Of a stretch of DNA of 64,000 nucleotides, positions 60,301-64,000 are shown piece after piece. The notes beneath the pieces are model-generated. The model did not search any database. It was not told where the DNA came from and saw only the letters and a program-made list of their open reading frames with translations. Numbering within the stretch: the stretch's first letter is position 1; each line of letters starts with the position of its first letter. Position numbers and translations under genes: made by a program. Source of the DNA: Antedon mediterranea (lineage: Eukaryota > Animalia > Echinodermata); NCBI RefSeq assembly GCF_964355755.1, contig NC_092670.1:16850795-16914794 (forward strand), given 5' to 3'.

Positions 60301-63300
60301 GAAATGTAACAAGGAGAATATAACACTTATAATGTCATTGCGCAGATCACTGGTGCAAAACATAATAGAAATGTAACAAGGAGAATAACACTTATAATGT
60401 CATTGCGCAGATCATGATGCAAAATAGAGTAGAAATGTAACAAGGAGACTATAACACTAATAATGTCATTGCGCAGATCATGGTGCAAAACAGAGTAGCA
60501 ATGTAACAAGGAGAATATAACACTAATAATGTCATTGCGCAGATCACTGGTGCAAAACAGAGTAGAAATGTAACAAGGAGAATATAACACTAATAATGTC
60601 ATTGCGCAGATCATGGTGCAAAACAGAGTAGCAATGTAACAAGGAGAATATAACACTAATAATGTCATTGCGCAGATCATGGTGCAAAACAGAGTAGAAA
60701 TGTAACAAGGAGAATATAACACTTATAATGTCATTGCGCAGATCATGATGCAAAACAGAGTAGAAATGTAACAAGGAGAATATAACACTTACAAACTCAT
60801 TGCGCAGATCACTGGTGCAAAACAGAGTAGAAATGTAACAAGGAGAATATAACACTAATAATGTCATTGCGCAGATCATGGTGCAAAACAGAGTAGAAAT
60901 GTAACAAGGAGAATATAACACTTATAATGTCATTGCGCAGATCACTGGTGCAAAACATAATAGAAATGTAACAAGGAGAATATAACACTAATAATGTCAT
61001 TGAGCAGATCATGATGCAAAACAGAGTAGAAATGTAACAAGGAGAATATAACACTAATAATGTCATTGCGCAGATCATGGTGCAAAACAGAGTAGAAATG
61101 TAACAAGGAGAATATAACACTAATAATGTCATTGAGCAGATCATGGTGCAAAACAGAGTAGAAATGTAACAAGGAGAATATAACACTAATAATGTCATTG
61201 CGCAGATCATGGTGCAAAACAGAGTAGAAATGTAACAAGGAGAATATAACACTAATAATGTCATTGCGCAGATCACTGGTGCAAAACATAATAGAAATGT
61301 AACAAGGAGAATAACACTTATAATGTCATTGCGCAGATCATGATGCAAAATAGAGTAGAAATGTAACAAGGAGAATATAACACTAATAATGTCATTGCGC
61401 AGATCATGGTGCAAAACAGAGTAGAAATGTAACAAGGAGAATATAACACTTATAATGTCATTGCGCAGATCATGATGCAAAACAGAGTAGAAATGTAACA
61501 AGGAGAATATAACACTTACAAAGTCATTGCGCAGATCACTGGTGCAAAACAGAGTAGATATGTAACAAGGAGAATGACCATAAAAAAGAACCCGGATCGT
61601 GATGCTTTGTAAGGCCTTGCAGACGGCACCATGTTATACAGAAGACTCCATTTCTTTAAATAGAATACGATGATAAACTTCACTGCTGTCATAAATGGTA
61701 TCAATGGACAGAAAAATGCTCCAAGCCTAAAGAAAGTCATTTTATTATTAAATGGGTTAAGGTATTCCAATACACAATATCACACAAATAAAAAAAAAAA
61801 ATCACTGACCAGCATATGGCTTGTGAGTAAACGATGGCTAACACGTTCTTTGGTATTTCGAATTCCATATCTCCCAGTATCTTAGTTATGCCACATTCAA
61901 AGTAACGAGTTATAAGCCTGTGGGTGAAAACGATAATCAATGCTGCCGTTAGTTCGACCAGGGAAGATGTAATTTCACTCTTCCCTGGTTCGACGTACGA
62001 CGTCACAATTGCGCACACCAGAATTCTATTATACGCCGCCCACCACTGTGTAGTATTGATTCAATTACTTAATAGTTAATTATATAATAGTTGCATTTTG
62101 AAATGATTGATATAGAAGAAAAAGGCTAAAGAAAGTTACCTTCGAGGAAATTCATAGAAGAGAATTACCCCAATAACCGCTGCGAAATCAGTAATACACA
62201 GTTTGTACATCTCCTGTCCTAAATATGTCTCCCAACACTAGGCATAAAAAAACACCAAAATTGTACCACATGTTTTAAAAATACGGTGCTGTTGTTGTTT
62301 ACACACACGAAAAATAAAGTTTTTACGCGCTATCAAAACAAACATGACGCAAAGGCGTGAACCTTGTTCTACCGCCCGTTTTTAACAATTCCATTGACAA
62401 AAATGTGTCGTCGTTGTCGTATCATAGGAACTTACCTGTGTGTCCTCTTCGCAAGCATCACAGTATTGTATTACATAACTAATATTGTTTTTGTTGTTAT
62501 CACAGTTTGTGATTCTAGGTATAATGGAACCAATCAAAACAGCTAGGGAGGCTAACCGCAAAAGGACGGTCCTGTAATATAAAAGAAAAATATGATATTG
62601 ATGAATTTGTGTCCTTTGCGCTTTTAATCAATTGGCCTACATTTGTTCCAGCGACCAACTATATCAAATACGAATGGCAAACTTTATAATCAGCTAAAAC
62701 AACACCTCTTACCTTCCTAACGTAATATTTATTTCGAAGTTTGGGCTGTATTTTTCAAATTTGACTAAAATACCAAAGACAATTGGGACAATGCTGTTAA
62801 TAACAGTAACGGTGATTGACGGTAGATAACTGATCAAGAACTCTACAATTCCGCTCATACCACTATCAGATGATTTCTAAAAACAAGAACAATATCAATA
62901 TTTATTTGAACTTAATCATTCCTTTCTCATTATCACCTGGATCAACAACAATAACAACCACAATCACAACAACAATAACAACATCATTATCATAATCGTC
63001 GTCATCGTCATCATCATTAACATCCTTATCTTAATCATCGTTACCACCACCACCATCATCGTCATCGTCACCACCACCACCACCACCATCATTTCCAGCG
63101 ACATCGTCATCAACTTACTTCTATAGCGTACAATGTAACGTAGACAATACCAATCAAAGCCCCTACTCCCGTAGCAACACAAACCACATTAATCACAATA
63201 CGAATTGTGTAGAGTACAGCCTTTTCTTTTGTTGACATTGATGCTTGTTGTATTTTCCGTTGCTCTTCTCCAAGATCACCCTACAAAACGAAAAAAAAAA

Positions 63301-63997
63301 ATAAATTGAGAGATTCTGATCACTGACGAGAGGTGGTCGTTTATGATTACGGTCCTTTAACAGAGATGGTGGCCATTCAATAGAGAAGGTCGGTAACGAG
63401 GGTTGTTTCTTACCATTTACGAGATTTCCCCTTTTTGAAAGTCGGTCGCTTACCAGAGGTGGATGGACTGATAGCTAAGTAAAGAGATGCATTTCCACAT
63501 GATTTAGACATAGGTTTGTAAAATATATAATATTTTAGCTGGCGATACTACATTAGCTGGGAGGAAATTATCGTTGCACCATTAGCTGTTAACCGTTCTA
63601 CATTAGCTGGTGTTGATTTTTATTTTCTACATAAGATGTTGGTGTTTCTACATTAGCTGGAGGTTTTACTACATTTAGCGGTGGATTTTTCTACAATAAC
63701 GGTTGTTTCGACATTAGCTGGCGTTTTCTACATTAGCGGTTGTAACCGGCCTAATTGAAGAACGTGTGAATGCGCATCTGAATAAAATACAAAATACAGC
63801 GACCAAACGTACAAACGAACCCGAATGAAAAGAGGATCACTTGTCTTACCGTTATTTCAAACAGAATACTTTTGTGTTTGAGACTGGCGTTCTTGGAATC
63901 AGTGAGCGAAAAATCCCATCCAGTAAATACAAGCTGAGAATATTTACACTGATGTCCTTCCCTGTCCAACATATTTTGTTTAAAGCCATCTCCTGCT
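57398..63997 (-). CDS. Transmembrane channel-like (TMC) protein, TMC7-like/TMC4-8 clade; 3' 10 exons, 5' part beyond the window
   Basis: Exons: 63997-63850, 63280-63119, 62876-62713, 62571-62436, 62237-62140, 61917-61810, 61726-61520, 58978-58820, 58191-58113, 57694-57398; phase-consistent. TMC signatures: [58 protein letters not shown]. Confidence 0.93.
58327..58442. mobile_element. MITE family A
   Basis: AGCTTTGTCTACACTTTCAAA ... TTTGATAGTGTAGACAGAGCT. Confidence 0.85.
58570..58750 (-). mobile_element. Degraded SINE related to 37794-38025
   Basis: CACCGGGGTAACC..TTATCCGAGAA..CTTCGAACC shared motifs. Confidence 0.5.
59142..61575. repeat. About 66-bp tandem satellite (about 37 copies) derived from a TMC exon 3' end plus its splice donor
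   Basis: Minus-strand unit TTCTCCTTGTTACATTTCTACTCTGTTTTGCACCA(G)TGATCTGCGCAATGAC(A/T)TT[G/A]TAAGTGTTATA; the first copy (61520-61575) is coding ([19 protein letters not shown]). Confidence 0.97.
62940..63110. repeat. Imperfect (CAT/CAC/CAA)n trinucleotide repeat in a TMC intron
   Basis: Direct low-complexity run. Confidence 0.85.
63530..63748. repeat. Short degenerate tandem repeat (TACATTAGCTGG core), probably MITE-derived
   Basis: (T)ACATTAGC(T/G)G recurs about 7 times. Confidence 0.7.
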
Positions 63998-64000
63998 CTA

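Noticed and set aside
59280-61501. Repeated minus-strand ORFs as tandem mutually exclusive exons or a CRISPR array
   Set aside because: Units lack their own acceptors, have frameshifts and dead donors, and contain no unique spacers.
62964-63182. Met/Val-rich 72-aa ORF
   Set aside because: Out-of-frame exon end plus intronic trinucleotide repeat.

Overview
AT-rich, intron-rich animal genomic DNA, probably a marine invertebrate deuterostome such as an echinoderm (inference from gene content and repeat style). Five protein-coding genes were spliced by hand from GT-AG phases. (1) The first coding exon of a voltage-gated Ca2+ channel alpha-1 subunit (minus, 11512-11747), ending at a U12-type AT-AC donor; the rest of the gene appears to lie left of the window. 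(2) Complete CEP131/AZI1 (minus, 19 coding exons, about 1181 aa). (3) Complete CNOT3 (plus, 17 coding exons, about 721 aa), head-to-head with CEP131. (4) A complete SLC10A-family Na+/bile-acid symporter with long N- and C-terminal extensions (minus, 6 exons, about 652 aa). (5) The 3' part of a TMC-family gene (minus, 10 exons in window). Non-coding space holds many MITEs, SINE/LINE fragments and tandem repeats. No prokaryotic system or CRISPR is present, and no new system is demonstrated. The most unusual signals are: a 2.4-kb satellite built from a TMC exon end plus its splice donor, with most donor copies inactivated; five 18-29-bp palindromes with 7-bp duplications resembling P-element excision footprints; candidate RNA-level controls in CNOT3 (TAATG uORF, long intronic hairpin, possible U12-type poison microexon); and an intronic non-canonical tRNA-like cloverleaf.
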